Counted from the stretch's first letter, positions 12,029 through 31,466 are shown. The stretch is 64,000 nucleotides of DNA from Octopus sinensis (GCF_006345805.1 NC_043012.1:43152001-43216000); one strand, 5' to 3'. Notes: generated from the letters alone by a model not told the origin. Numbers and translations are program-made.

Positions 12029-14879
12029 GCACAAACACACACATACATACATATACATATGTATATGTATGCATAACTGATGTAATCTGTGCGTGTGTAT
12101 ATGTATATGCGTATACTGATTTCAGTAAGTAAATAAATGCCAAGAATTAAAAACTGATATGTGATGGGAGAAATAGAGAAAAAGCACTTTCGTTGATTTG
12201 TATAGACGAAATTGGGATAAACATCTACAATTCCCTAGATAGACCATGAAACACTTGTGAAATTTCTTCAGAAATGCCAAATAAGCAAATGAACTAAGGA
12301 TGTGAAAATGAGGCAATAATAGAAAGAGAAGAAAGGTATTTTAAAATTCGAAGTGAAAATCGGTATGCAAAGAAACTCCATTAAAATTAATTTCTTTTTG
12401 AGAAGATTTACAACTGCTCACACAATAAAATATATCTTCTAAAAAAACCCCCTCAGAGTATTACTGGAGGCGATTTTATGAAGAATATAAAGGACATTCA
12501 TTTGTTTTAATTCAATAAACTAAGCCAAATAGTAAGATGTTATTGTTATTTGTTTTATTGACAAAATGATGTATGACTGTTGTGCTGACAAAATTGTGAA
12601 TGCCTGTATTGGCAGATTAGGACATGTCGGGGTCATTGAGTGAATAAATCTGCTTGAGGTAATGACAGGAGATTTTAGCGAGGTAGGTTATATCTACGTG
12701 ATTAACGGAATAGTGTATAATTTTGATATCGACAAGTTAGGGTATGGATAAAGGAATGGGTATAACTGTAACATTAAGTATAAATGGAATATTGCCAGAA
12801 TGTTTTCTTCTAAGGTAGTATGATTTGAGGGTAATTTAGCAGTAGGTCGAGCAAACTAATAAAAGTTCCCCATCGACTTGTGATGAGTGTACATAAGTAG
12901 TTTTGAAAATATAGGACATGTTAAAGTATTGACATGAAACAGAATTACATGTATCAGCATATGATGACGTATGACTGATGTATCTTTTGAAATGTGACTG
13001 GATAACGTATATTGAGATGTTGATAAAACAGGGTACTGAAATATTGAGTACATGCAGTGTTTTGAAAATTTTAGGTATATCCAGGGTTATACTTCTGCAT
13101 AGAAGTTTCAGTTCTATCTGAGATTGCCTTGGTATTGAAAGTTTTCGGTATGCCTCAACCATTTGATGGTGATGAATTCCACATTCTTATTTACATTTAC
13201 GCAGAATCAGATAATTGATCCTAGCATGCAGTAAACGAAATATAGTCCTTTGAACAAACTTCTAAGAGCTAGGGCACTGCACTATTTCCCAGAGAAAGGC
13301 AAAGTGAAATTTACATGTAGTGGTATAAAGTGTTAAACTAGATTTTGTAAATCCTTAAAACTTGATGCTAAAATGTTCTAAACTGGAAGAATCTTGCAAA
13401 CCAAATCCCAAAACGAAAAAGTTCTGAAGTTCTATATTTACCATGATCATTATCAACGACAGTTAAGTGAAAACATCTTCACTTTAGGTAGAAATTGGAA
13501 ACGGTCATGATCACCAAAAACTTGCAACTACACTGCTATGCTTACTACATTAAGTTTAAGCGACACTAAGGAAGGTACAAAAGAACGTTTTCGTGTTGTT
13601 TTGTCTAGGTTCATGGGAGGAATCAAACTTAGCATGGCAAGGCAGTTGAAAATGAAGAATGTTGAAGTGCATCTCGCATACACTTCACATAAACTTCAGC
13701 ATATAGATTGTTGATAGCTACCCAGTTTCTCAACAATAATTTATAAGAAGCGCTGTGAAGTTGGGAGCATAATGTGTAAGTTTCAATTTTGAATTGTAAA
13801 CAGTTTTCTGAATGTTGTTTAAATTTTGAAGTCTGTTAAGAAGTTCACACTGTCTGATCGCTTTCTTTTATAATGTGAACAACGTTCACATTATAAAACA
13901 ATTCAGTATTAAGAGCGTATATAAACAAGTCAGTATTCAGAAAAGCTTTGTAATTTCATACACTTACATTTAGAGTTTAAATATCGCTGGTATTAACTTT
14001 GCATTTTATCGTTTCAAAATCATAATCTTTCAGCTCACTCGCTCTTATCAAATATATTGTTTCTACTTTTAATAATCTGACTCCAGTTCAATCGACTAAA
14101 ACCTCGTTTAAAAATTAGCGATTTCCTTTAAAAATAAATAACTATTTACAGAATATAAAGGGAGTAAAAATAGTAAAGCGAAATTTATTGTAATTAATAA
14201 ATCAGAGAAAGGACGTTAGTGCACATGAACTTTTCAGGCTCTCCTTGGTTTATAGTTGATATTTAATTTGAACTTCTCTCAGCCAACTTTTAGAGATTTA
14301 AGTTGGAAGTGAAGCAGATAATAAAATGTGATGCTTTTTTTTGACAAGTAATACTAATTATTATTTGAAGAGCGATGTTGAGAATTAAACAAAGTTTGTA
14401 ATCTGGAGAGAGGAAGAGAACACCTAAGCCGAGTCTTTACTTTTAGCATGTGTCACGGTACTTGGAAACGACACCCAGATCATAGTTATAGTTAGAGATA
14501 TATTAGATTTGACGAAGTAGGATCGACCCCGAGATGTCATGATTATGAAACGAACTCTTAAATACCTGAATAGGCCTGCGCCCACATAATCACACACACA
14601 AATACACTCACACATACACATGCACACACACATATTTATACATTTACACACACACAAATACATGCATACACACGTAATCGCAACCACGTGGTCTCAAATT
14701 AAGTCCATCTGCGCAGGACCTTGGGTAAATAACTTTTACTATGGCCACAGGCCAACAACTGCATCCAGATAGGAATTGCCTGACCGAAATTGTATGGAAG
14801 CGCTCTGTGTTTATGTGCGCGCGTATGTGTGTGCAAGTGTGTAATATTCTCTCTCTCTCTCTCTATCTAGTGTTTTTCA

Positions 14880-17210
14880 TATCATTGTGTTTAATTCATC
14901 TGCCTTAAGTATTCCCAGGTATTTATAGCGGGACTGAGGTTGAATTGCCTTTATTATCTCACCACTTGGCATTCATTCACCTTCTGTCTTGACAAGCTTT
15001 CATCGTCTCATCACCATCGTAGCACATTTTGAGAGCTCAACCTCCATGTTAATATCATTCAAGAAAATCTGCACAGACTGGACTAGGCTGTCCAGTTTTG
15101 CCTCAGTTTTTGTGAATTGCTTCAAGTTGTTCATGAATAGCATATGGTTCAGTTTTCCCCTACCTCTTCCCAGATCATATCCTTTTGCTTTCCTCAGAAT
15201 CAGTGTCAGTGGTTTCAAGCACAGTACAAAGATCAGTGGGGACATGCAGTCCCCTTGGAAGATGCCCCTCTTTATTTCTACTGTCCTTAAGCTTCCGTAT
15301 GCTGTCTGGTCCGTCCTCCAATTCGCCATACTTTTTCCAAGCAATCGCTCAACATTCGATGCAATCCCAAACAGGTTCATACATTCCATAATCCAATAAT
15401 GTGGGATCATATCATACGCCTTACGATAGTCGATCCATGACATGGCTAAGTTACTTTTCCTCCTCTTGCAGTCTCTGAGTACAGTTTTATCTATCAGGAG
15501 TTGATCCTTGGTACCTCTGCACTTACGCTTGCAACACTTCTGCTTATGTGGCAGGACTCCATTTTTTTCTAGATGTTCATACATTGACTCTGCGAGTATT
15601 CCAGTCAATAACTTCCACATAAGTAGCAAACAGGATATCGGTCTGTAATTGTCCACCGTATTGCCTTTTTCGATGTTTTTCAGGTACAGCACTGTCCTAT
15701 CCAATGTCATCTACTCTGGTGTTGCTTGGTCGGCATTTAACAAAGTGTTGAGTTGCGCAGCTATTCGTACATCACATTCATCAAATCTTTTGATCCAGTA
15801 GCCTTGAACTCCGGGGCCTTCCAGTTGGCCATTTTTTTGCTAATTTCCTTCACTTCCCTAACTGAAATTACAATTTCTGCCTGTTTTGAACAGACTACTG
15901 TTTGTTTCAGTTCTTGCAACCATTCAGCATCCTTCTTGTGCTCCTTGTCTTTACTCCAGATGTCACTCCAAAACCTTTGACATTCAATGTTATCTGGTAT
16001 CAACTTTTCATCTGTACACTCTCCATTTATTTCTTTATAGAATCTCTTCTGATCTACTCTGAATAAACTATTCTGGTGGTAACCCTTCATTCTTTGATCG
16101 TATCTTACCATCTTTGCCTTCTTTGCAACGAGGCGTTGTTTCAGTTTCTCAATTACTACTTTCAGACCCTTTCTTTCAATATTATGCTTCCTTTTCAGCG
16201 CCCTGTATTTTTGTTCGCCTTTAAGCTCCTCTTTCTCTTTTCGGTCTTACACAGAAATATCCTTTGAGAGCATGTCTAACCCTGGCTGTATTCTTCTTTT
16301 CCGCCATGGATCTTTTCTTTTGTCACTCCCATTATATTTCTTTTTCTAAACATCAACACCCACGTTTTCTGTTACAACAATACTTGTTGCCCTGATCAAA
16401 TTATTTGTTTCTGTGATGTTGTTTGTTCTGATGTATTTCAGAATTTCATTGTTATTTTTCGTTTCTTGGTTCAATTTCCATCGATCAACCTTTTTAAGGT
16501 TGCAAATAATGTCGCTATCGTTCTCGTGTAGTCTTACATTATTCTGTCGTTGATTGCCTTTTGTTCATCTATCATGTCACTATTAGTTTTATCGTCTTCT
16601 TTTAAATCATCTATATGTCTCTCATCAAGTAAGCTACCACTGCTTCTTTCCTGTGCTATGAGATTACTCTTATTAGTAAGAACTGTATTTTCATTCTTAT
16701 CTATGCTGCTATTGTCCACGACCCGTCTTTTGATAGCTTCGAGCTCTACTTCTGTGAACCAACAATCTTTTCTTATTGCTCTAGCTTGATCATATAGTCG
16801 CTGTTCCGTGAGTTGAAACAATCCCTTTTCTCTCCAATGATCGAACATATGTTGTCGGTAACTCCTAATTTGAGCGCCATTTTCATCTACCGGTTGCTCA
16901 GGTAGTAACACTCCATTACCACAGCATTAATTTGCTTGCTCCATCTACGCCGTGTGTGGTGATCCCTTTCTGGATATCGACAGGCTGGAGCCGGACCAGA
17001 ATCTCTGAGCCTACCGGGTGTAACACTGTCACCATCATTGGCTTCAGTTTCATCACCACCGTTATTCACAATATTTTGTTTTTTCCTTGTCACTCATATG
17101 AGGTAGCGATTATCAGGTTGCGCAATTACCAGTGTTTTTATTGCGACACCATCACCAGATGTATCATTAGTCAGCCCATGAGATGGAGGAATCTCCACCC
17201 GTTTCCTTTC
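14880..17210 (-). mobile_element. Decayed R4/Dong-like LINE (N-terminus to RT)
   Basis: ORF pieces [47 protein letters not shown] and [11 protein letters not shown], with multiple stops; 5' end at an (ATT)n tract. Confidence 0.85.
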
Positions 17211-17796
17211 ATTATTATTATTATTATTACCATCACTGATATCACTGATATTAGTTTTTATGTGAAGTAGCAGCAGTGGTTGCAGCAACAGTAGCAGGGG
17301 TGGGGTAGTGGTAATTGTGGTAGTTAGGCCTCAGATTCCTGTGCTATCATAATAATAGTAGTGGTAGTATTATTGTAGTATTAGTAGTACTTAGCATCAG
17401 CAGCTGCAGTATTTTATTTTTATTTTTATTGTTTTCATTATTACCATCACCACCACTACCATTGTAGTTGGGCATCAGATTGGTGAATAGATCATATTCT
17501 ACAGGTCTAGAAATAGATTTGGCAGATGGTGGAGAGGTCAGCCATAGAGATAAAAGGATCTTCGCACCCCTTCGGTTCAGCAGAGGTCAAATGTGTTTAC
17601 TACAACCAGAGGCTCCTGACACCTCTGCCTTGAAAAGAAGCAATTCAGCCTGTCCTACTCCATCGTCCTTTTGTTTTGTTATAGTTTCCCTTTTACACTC
17701 ATTGACAGGTGTTGATGTTTCTTTCGTATTCATAATTATTATTGATGTGTAAGTGAGAGACCAAGAGACAGCAATGTGCAAACACACACACACACA

Positions 17797-17839
<43 letters not shown>

Positions 17840-18055
17840 TCAATTTTGGGGGATTAATCGATATGCGGGTATTCTATTTTAGATAATACAAAAATAACCT
17901 AATGAGTATATCTGACAATAAACTCATGGTACCAGTTTGCATAATATCACGAAATAATACTTAAAGGATATAACCAAAATTACCAGCTGGGTATATATTA
18001 TACTTCATTAATTATATCATACTTTAGTTAATACTTATATTTATTAAATATGAAG

Positions 18056-20431
<2,376 letters not shown>

Positions 20432-23400
20432 TATTTCAAAATATTATATATCTAATTTTACATCCTTTTAAAAATAAGCAATACAATTAAGCATTAAAGA
20501 TTAAAAATTACGAATTAAGAATTAAGAGTAAAAAATTATACTTTGTAATATTAATAATTAAAATCTATAAATTATACATTATAAATATGAATTAGTATAT
20601 ATATCAATCATGTAAAATCAAGAATATGTCAAATACAGAATGTGAGATATAAGATTAAACATCAGAATAAAAATGTGTTTAAATGTGATATATTACAAGA
20701 ATACATATCTTCAAATACATATCTTCCTTTTTTTTATTGCTGGTACTAAAATGGTGATTTGAGGAAGAAGATAGCAGGGAACTATGGGTATTTATAGGTG
20801 ATTAGTACCAAGGGGGTAATTACAATATACATAGTTTTAATTTTAATTTTAATTTATCCTCTATTATTTTCAAATTTACCTATATTGGGAGGTAAATCTA
20901 ATTTCTTATATAATTTTTGTAATATTTAATTCATATATTTATTTTATTTAAATTATTGCATTATTTATTTAGTTATTATTTATTTAATTATATAGTCTAT
21001 TCAAGTGCTTTATAAATAAAATTACGTGGTTAGTTGATTCAGGGGTTGGGGGTTCAGTACTTCATTTTACTAAATGTAAAATCACTTCGGTGCCTATATT
21101 TTACTTATCGTTCATCATGTGTGATTAGTAATTCATCTCTAGACTGTAGTAGTTTCATAAATTCAGTTATGCATAATAAACACATTTATTCCCATTATTA
21201 TAGGAGTGGGCTCTACCTATAATACTCCAATTAAGGGTGTACTCTTTTTTCTAGATTTTAATTCCCATATATATTTACTTAAGCCTGTAGACTTACTTAA
21301 ATTGCAACTTTTAAAGGTCCGGTAGTGTTGGGATATTCTTTCTTTAATTTCATTAACTGTTGATCCAATATAAGCCGTATCTATAATGTTATTATTATTG
21401 TTCATAGAGCTAACTATGCATTTATAAATTACATTATCTATATTACAATTATTAGAGACCTTACATTTAGTCTTATCCCGACATAGACATTCCTCTATAT
21501 GTTGATTAAGTCTTCTATCACTATCGGTTATATTGTGGCTAGAGCTATTATTTATTATGCTATTATAATAATTATTTGATTTCTTATTATTTATAGAGGA
21601 AATGTTATTGCCTACATTCCTCGATGTTGAATATCCCACTCTTATGGTTTTATTGGAAAATATATTTGAATAATTATTGTCCTTTTTAAAAACCATTTTT
21701 ACTATTTTAAGTGTCTCCTTAATAATATTAGTCATAATTTGGTCCCCATACGGAACAATTAACCGTATAAAATCCTTTTTATCATTGTTAGTAGACACCA
21801 TCGGTATTAAATTGTTATTCTTAGGTATATTATATCTATTTATATTTACATTACTATGTTTCTTACTATTGCTCATATTCTCATTATCATTATTTCCATT
21901 ATTATTGTAACCATTATTAACAACTGTATTATTTATATCTTTATTTAGTGTTATATTGTCTTTTATTATTATTATTATTATTTATATTTTTACTGTTAGA
22001 CTTATTATTAGTTTTATTAGGAATACTTGTAATAGTATTATTATTATTAATGTGTTCATAATAATTAAATAATTTTATATTAGAGTTGCATCCTACCTCT
22101 TTTAATGCTTTATCATAATATGCGGCATGTTTATTAAAAGTGTCATAATATGAGGATAGCATAGATATTCTTTTACCTATATTATTTATTAAGGCTTCTT
22201 TAACTGATTCAGGATGGTTACTTGAAGAACTAATATACTTTAGGCTTTCATTCAACTTATGGAATGGATGGATCTTATTAGTGACTAGATTAAGGTTGAC
22301 GTCTAGTAGTTTACTGCATAATGCTCGTTCTCTATAGATATTCCTAGGCCATTATTCTTAAAGAACTTGTACATTTTCTTCTTAAGGCATTCTAATGAAC
22401 TATTAGTACAATTCCTAGTTATAAGTAATACAGAAGGTGGTCTTTAGACCACCCTCTATATTCGTGAATTCTATTTCTAGTTCAGATAAGAGACATCAAC
22501 CTACAAGAGCGGTAACCTCGGCTGAATCCGGGGCACCCATGGGTATATCAAAACAATCTATAGTGTCTTTCCTTGCCCATAGTTTATATTTATATTTTAT
22601 AATGGACTTCCTCGCGCCGAACACTACTTTCACTTCTTTAAATGACATGTTTACCTTTCTCATGGCATATGAGAGGGCCTTATTTAAAACCACTTCATTT
22701 AAAATTGAATAATAATTCTCTATATCAATTTGAAGAAATTTACATCTATTTTTATCCTTAATATTGTTAAATCCTTTTATAGTATCTCGGGTACAATTCC
22801 AGAGTTTAAGGTTACCTAACTTATTTAATTTACTTATATATTTATCCAATATTAATTTACTAAGTCTACCTATATCTGACTTGCTCGGGCTTATTAATCT
22901 TACTTGTGGGGTTGAGTAAAAATTATCCTTATGGTCTTTAATCGTTATTCTTGGATGCATCGGGACATATGGTTCAGTTCTATTTTCAATACCATATTTA
23001 ACCATGATTTATTTTGGAAATTATGTTAATATTATCTAAATAATTTTTATTAACTACCTTATATTTTTTCATTATTATCTTTTCTAGTAGTTTATCATAA
23101 AATGGTGTATCCAGTCTATATAAATTCCTGATCTTATCAGATTGCACTATAACTCCATCCTGGTTCTTTAATATGTCTATTTTTCTAGCTAAGTTGCTGA
23201 GGTGCTTGTGTCTGTTAGGATATTTTTTGAATTTGATATTTTTCATCATATTCCATATTTTCTCCTCAAAGTCCTGTATAATTCTATTATTGAGAGGTCC
23301 CTGCTTAGATTTGAAGTTTCTCTTTATATAGTCTATATCTTCCATGTTAGTATTATTCTTATTAGGATTGTTGTTATTGTAGTAGTGAGCCTTCCATTTC

Positions 23401-23579
23401 ATTCTATTTATAAAGTTTTTTAGCTGGTTAATTAGGTCCTGTATATATTCTTTCCTGCTGGGAATAGGTATATCCTTCAAAGATGAGTTCCACTCTATCA
23501 TCTCAATCCTACCTGAAAGATCCATTTTTGATATATATAAAAAGTCCTAGTGGTAGAACCAGTTGTATGATTAATATAA

Positions 23580-23791
23580 ATAATTTGGGAAAACAAATTT
23601 CCAAATCAATCGTGTGCAACCGTTCAGCGTTATATGCATCTACATATTGTACTTTGGGGTCTTATTTATCGTATATTTATATATTTATCTATAAATATAT
23701 AATAAATAAGACCCCAATGTACGATATGTAGATGCATATAACGCTGAACGGTTACACATGACTGATTTGGAAATTTGTTTTCCCAAATTAT
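23580..23791. repeat. Inverted repeat, ~100-bp arms
   Basis: taatttgggaaaacaaatttccaaatc... / ...gatttggaaatttgttttcccaaatta with few mismatches. Confidence 0.95.
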
Positions 23792-24051
23792 ATATATATC
23801 GAGAGAGAGAGAGAGAGGGAGGTTTTTTATGAATATGGATGTCTATGTAATTAAAATATTAAATTTAATATTCTACTCACAAATTTGCAGTTTTCGTATA
23901 GATATATTGCAATCCATGTGTTTACATTTTCACGCACGTGTTGTTGTGGCGGCGTATCTGAGGGAAGTTATTTTTTTGTATATATATACCCCAGATCGCT
24001 TACATTAGAACATAGTTTCCTTTCATTGTTCTTGTGGATTCTTAATTCCTG

Positions 24052-24131
<80 letters not shown>

Positions 24132-24132
<1 letters not shown>

Positions 24133-24415
24133 GAGTGAGAAAGCAGTGCATGCCTTGAAAGTGACACTGGGGTAAAATATAGGAAGCCCAGTATACCCAT
24201 CATGACTACCCGACTGATAAGGATACACTAAGCACATGCATCACAACCATGTGTGCGCGACATGGTGATCGCATATCAAGATAAACAGCACATGACCTTG
24301 CAGGTGCGACTTAGTTAGAATTTTCTTCTGGTCGCTTAACCCATCCCGCTCAAAAGGTCCCTGAATAAGGGTTGTTTAAGGATGTTCAACGAAACACCCA
24401 TGTTTCCAGAGGTGA

Positions 24416-24420
<5 letters not shown>
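24132..24420 (-). mobile_element. 5'-truncated copy of the 34016-34572 repeat
   Basis: Direct similarity to 34016-34305; flanked by (ATT)n. Confidence 0.75.
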
Positions 24421-24498
<78 letters not shown>

Positions 24499-24503
24499 CA
24501 TCA

Positions 24504-24534
<31 letters not shown>

Positions 24535-24537
24535 CAT

Positions 24538-27500
24538 TGTCATTTACTTTTAATCTGCATGTTTGATGCAATCACCTGCCGGGGCACACCCAGCGCCCTA
24601 GGGCAAGTGAAGGTTAAGAGTTGTTGAAATATAGCTGAAAGCTTGGGGAGGGGAAGTAGAGATATATCTCCATGTAATGCAAACACAGACATTTACATTG
24701 ATAGGGTTTTTCTAAGGATGTGGGCAGTACTTGTTAGCACAATCTTTTGGATTTCCTTGAGACATGGTTTTCCAGGGATATTGTCTAGGTGTTTCTGACA
24801 TCCCTTTTTTATCATACCTAGGGCACCTACAATAACAGGAACAGTTTTTGTTTTAAGATTCCACATCCTCTGTATTTCGATTTCCAGGTCCTTATATTTA
24901 CTAAGTTTGTCAAATTCCTTGACAGATACATTTTTATCAGTGGGGACGCTTACTTCTATTAGTCTGCAGGTATTTTCTTCCCTGTCTTTAACAATTATGT
25001 CTGGTCGATTAGCCTTGATCGTTCTGTCAGTGTTGACTGGAAAATCCCAGAGGATGGTGACATCTTTACCATCAACAACTGGCTGAGGATGGTGTTCATA
25101 CCAGTTAGCAGGAGTGTCGGATTTGTAGTGTTTACATATCTTCCAATGTATATACTGTCCTACCCTATCGTGGCGATTTTTGTATTCGTTTGGTGTCAGC
25201 ACAGGACATCCCGAAACGAGATGGTCTATCGTTTCGTCAAATGTGTCGCAGAATCTGCATTTAGGGTCAGTACCGTTTCGGAGAACGTTAGCCTGGTAAT
25301 TTCTGGTAAACAAGCTTTGATCTTGTGCTGCCATTATGAAACCTTCAGTCTCTGCTTTCAATCCAGAGCTCTTCAGCCACTGATGGGTTGTTGCTTGGTC
25401 TACATCAGCATTTTGGCTTCGGAGAATATATTGTCCATGCAGGGACTTCTGGCTCCACCGCCTCTCAATTTGATTCTGCCCGTTCTTTTTTGCAGTCTGC
25501 TTGATTCGCTTTGCTTGCTTGGTAGCAGTGGTTTCCGGCTCTTCATCTGATTCAAGGTTAATGTCTAGTTCCCTTTCGAACTTATAAGCTTCCTTGACAA
25601 TAGAATGCAGCTTTTTGTTGCTTTCGTGTTCGCACACAAGTCGCAGCATCCAGTCCTTTGTACTAGATAGGTACCTGTTCATTCCTACAGTAGAGGTCTT
25701 ATAGCACAGCTCTAATTGCATCATTCCTCTCCCCCCGCTGCTTCTAGGTAGGTACAAGCGGTCTACATCTGCCTTAGGGTGGTGCATGCTCTTGGATGTC
25801 AGTAACTTTCTTGTCTTCCTGTCTAAGCGTTGGAGTTCCGTAAGGTTCCAGTTAATGATATTAAAACTGTACTGGACTACTGGAAGTGCCAGGGTGTTAA
25901 TGGCCTCAATGCAATTTTTGGAGTTGAGTTCAGTCTTCAGTACAAGCCTTATTCTCCTATAGTATTCCTTTCTTATTTTTTCCTTCATAGTAGCATGATG
26001 TATACCATCTCCTTCGTTGATTCCTAGGTATTTGTAACTTTCCTGTGGGTCAAGTTCCTTGATGGTAGTGTCAATATCTAATTTAACAGAAGCTGTTTGC
26101 CTGAGCTTGCCTCTTACAAAAGTTGCTTTAGCACACTTATCAAGGCCAAAATCCATTCCGATATCATTGCTAAACTCTTTAACAGTTGTTAGCAGCCCTT
26201 CTAGCTCTTGGTCATTCCTGGCAAACAGCTTTAGGTCGTCCATATAGAAAAGATGGTTTATTAACTTACGAAAAACTTTGTACCCATATCTGGTACTATC
26301 CAATTCGTTTGAGAGTGGGATCAGTGCCATGCAAAAAAGTAATGGAGAGAGGGAGTCACCTTGAAAGATGCCTCGTTTGATGTTGATGCTGTTGGACTGG
26401 CTCATCCCATTACTATGGCTTAGAAAGAGACGTGTGTTCCACATGGTCATGCTATTCTCTAAGAATTTTGAGACGACAGGAGAGATCTTGTATATCTCAA
26501 GGGCCTTGAGTATCCATTTATGTGGGACACTGTCATACGCTTTCCTGTAGTCTATCCATGCCATACTCAGGTTTTTGTTTTTGCTCCGGCAATTCTCTAC
26601 AATCATTCTGTTTATGAGCAATTGGTCTTTGCACCCATAAGAGTTTCTTTTACAACCTTTTTGAGCTTGTGGAAGGATAGAATTTTGTTCAAGGAAAGAG
26701 TACATTCTCTCCGTTATTATGGATGTGAGGATTTTGTAGGTGGTGTTGAGACATGTTATTGGCCGGTAATTCTTTGGGTTTTTTGTGTCTTCGGTTTTAG
26801 GTAATAGGTAGGTGGTTCCTTCAGTCAGCCAAGCAGGTATTTGCTCTGGGTTCTGAATGACATCAGACAGAGATGCAGCGAGATGTTCGTGTACCTCTGT
26901 CAAACAATCCAGCCAGAAGTTAGGGATCCGATCCAGTCCTGGGGTTTTCCATTTATGAGCCTTCCTAAGGACACACCTTAGCTCCTCTATTCCTATTGCT
27001 TCCCATTTCTGTTCTTCAAGTTCATCCAGTCTCTCTTTCTCACGTTCTATCCAGTCAGCCTCAGCATTAAACTCTTTTTCGTTGCTCCATACCTTCTTCC
27101 AGAACTCCTCCACTTCCTCAATCTTAGGTGGATCTTCTATGTGTATTTTATTTTTGCCAATTTCCCTATAAAATTTCTTTGCATCTGTCTTAAAAAATTT
27201 ATTTTGTCGATAAAATTTGTTTCTTTTGTCATACCTTCTAAGCCGTTGGGCTTTCAACTGTATCCGTTGTTTCAACAGTTCCTTAGTTGCAGGGAGGTTT
27301 ATGAGATCTTTGATTTTATATTTTTGCTTGATTTTTCTAGCTTTTCTCGGCTTAATATTCACTCCTCTAGCAAGCTCATCGAGAACTGAAACATCCGTCC
27401 GCAGAGATTCAATCTCTTTTTGTATCGCTACTTTCCACTTAGGAGGTTCATTGACATGCCTGGCCTTTTTCTTTGTCATCTTAATACCTAGTTGGGTAGT

Positions 27501-28272
27501 TACTACTTTAGCAGTGGAATAAATGAGATTATTTAAGGTTGTCAAATCATTTCCCTTATTTCTTAAGATCTGTCCTAGGGCAACGTTATATGTCATGATT
27601 GTGTTGTTATTTCTTGTGCCATTTGAAAACTTTGGTAGTGGTTCTCTATTAACCATGTCAGTGAGCTCAATCTTGCCGAGTTCTCTCATAATGTCCACTT
27701 TTGCTTCCATAATCTTTTCTCTATTATTCACCTCAAATTCTATGTCATATCTATTTTGGTTTTCTTGAGGAAGGTCTACGTTCTCCTCTTTTTTCAAATC
27801 TCTCGTCTTCGCTATTCTTTGTTTAACTTCCCCATTGGGAAGTTGATTTGCCGCTTGTACACTGGCTTCTGTGCTACTGTTACCTATTTCGTCTACATTG
27901 TTGCTGTTTTCTTTTGGTCTACCATGAGCTATCAGTGTCCTAATTTTGTCAATTTCAGCGTCAGTTAGTCTTTTGTTTTTAATTATATCTCTGCGTACAT
28001 TACTTAATTTATTTGCGTCTATATATCTACGTACGTCATTGCCTACTGAATTTCTCCATGAGATGTATGTTTGTACACTGAGGTTATTATTTGGGTTTAG
28101 TTGGGCTGTATAAAAAGCTTTCAACACATCTCTATAGTCCTCTCTGGTCCATTTTATACGTTTTGCTTTAGGTGGTGTTTTTGGTGGTGTCACTACAAGT
28201 CCAGAGTTAGAAGTATTCTGGTTCTGGTCACCTGGTAGATCGTCTTTTTGAGAGTTTGTTCCAGCAGCAAAC
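24538..28272 (-). mobile_element. Near full-length R4/Dong-like LINE (family A) inserted in (AAT)n
   Basis: The ORF above plus a ~150-bp 3' UTR, bounded on both sides by long (ATT)n tracts. Confidence 0.9.
24693..28193 (-). CDS. R4/Dong-type non-LTR retrotransposon polyprotein: reverse transcriptase + CCHC finger + restriction-like endonuclease
   Basis: 1166-aa open ORF. RT motifs: [41 protein letters not shown]-terminal motifs: CRFC..TIDHLVSGC, RHD, RPDIIV, KLSKY. Confidence 0.95.
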   Translation of the reverse strand: MTPPKTPPKAKRIKWTREDYRDVLKAFYTAQLNPNNNLSVQTYISWRNSVGNDVRRYIDANKLSNVRRDIIKNKRLTDAEIDKIRTLIAHGRPKENSNNVDEIGNSSTEASVQAANQLPNGEVKQRIAKTRDLKKEENVDLPQENQNRYDIEFEVNNREKIMEAKVDIMRELGKIELTDMVNREPLPKFSNGTRNNNTIMTYNVALGQILRNKGNDLTTLNNLIYSTAKVVTTQLGIKMTKKKARHVNEPPKWKVAIQKEIESLRTDVSVLDELARGVNIKPRKARKIKQKYKIKDLINLPATKELLKQRIQLKAQRLRRYDKRNKFYRQNKFFKTDAKKFYREIGKNKIHIEDPPKIEEVEEFWKKVWSNEKEFNAEADWIEREKERLDELEEQKWEAIGIEELRCVLRKAHKWKTPGLDRIPNFWLDCLTEVHEHLAASLSDVIQNPEQIPAWLTEGTTYLLPKTEDTKNPKNYRPITCLNTTYKILTSIITERMYSFLEQNSILPQAQKGCKRNSYGCKDQLLINRMIVENCRSKNKNLSMAWIDYRKAYDSVPHKWILKALEIYKISPVVSKFLENSMTMWNTRLFLSHSNGMSQSNSINIKRGIFQGDSLSPLLFCMALIPLSNELDSTRYGYKVFRKLINHLFYMDDLKLFARNDQELEGLLTTVKEFSNDIGMDFGLDKCAKATFVRGKLRQTASVKLDIDTTIKELDPQESYKYLGINEGDGIHHATMKEKIRKEYYRRIRLVLKTELNSKNCIEAINTLALPVVQYSFNIINWNLTELQRLDRKTRKLLTSKSMHHPKADVDRLYLPRSSGGRGMMQLELCYKTSTVGMNRYLSSTKDWMLRLVCEHESNKKLHSIVKEAYKFERELDINLESDEEPETTATKQAKRIKQTAKKNGQNQIERRWSQKSLHGQYILRSQNADVDQATTHQWLKSSGLKAETEGFIMAAQDQSLFTRNYQANVLRNGTDPKCRFCDTFDETIDHLVSGCPVLTPNEYKNRHDRVGQYIHWKICKHYKSDTPANWYEHHPQPVVDGKDVTILWDFPVNTDRTIKANRPDIIVKDREENTCRLIEVSVPTDKNVSVKEFDKLSKYKDLEIEIQRMWNLKTKTVPVIVGALGMIKKGCQKHLDNIPGKPCLKEIQKIVLTSTAHILRKTLSM

Positions 28273-28296
28273 TTATTATTATTATTATTATTATTA

Positions 28297-28335
<39 letters not shown>

Positions 28336-28340
28336 CATCA

Positions 28341-31445
<3,105 letters not shown>

Positions 31446-31466
<21 letters not shown>

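Noticed and set aside
12150-14400. Unique-looking sequence (also 3900-4600 and 9650-10200) as possible exons
   Set aside because: No credible ORF or splice-supported domain; faint hints of very old LINE remnants are too weak to call.
17150-17212. Possible HDV-like ribozyme at a LINE 5' end
   Set aside because: Only a GGAG/CTCC hairpin is clear; P1/P2 could not be paired convincingly.
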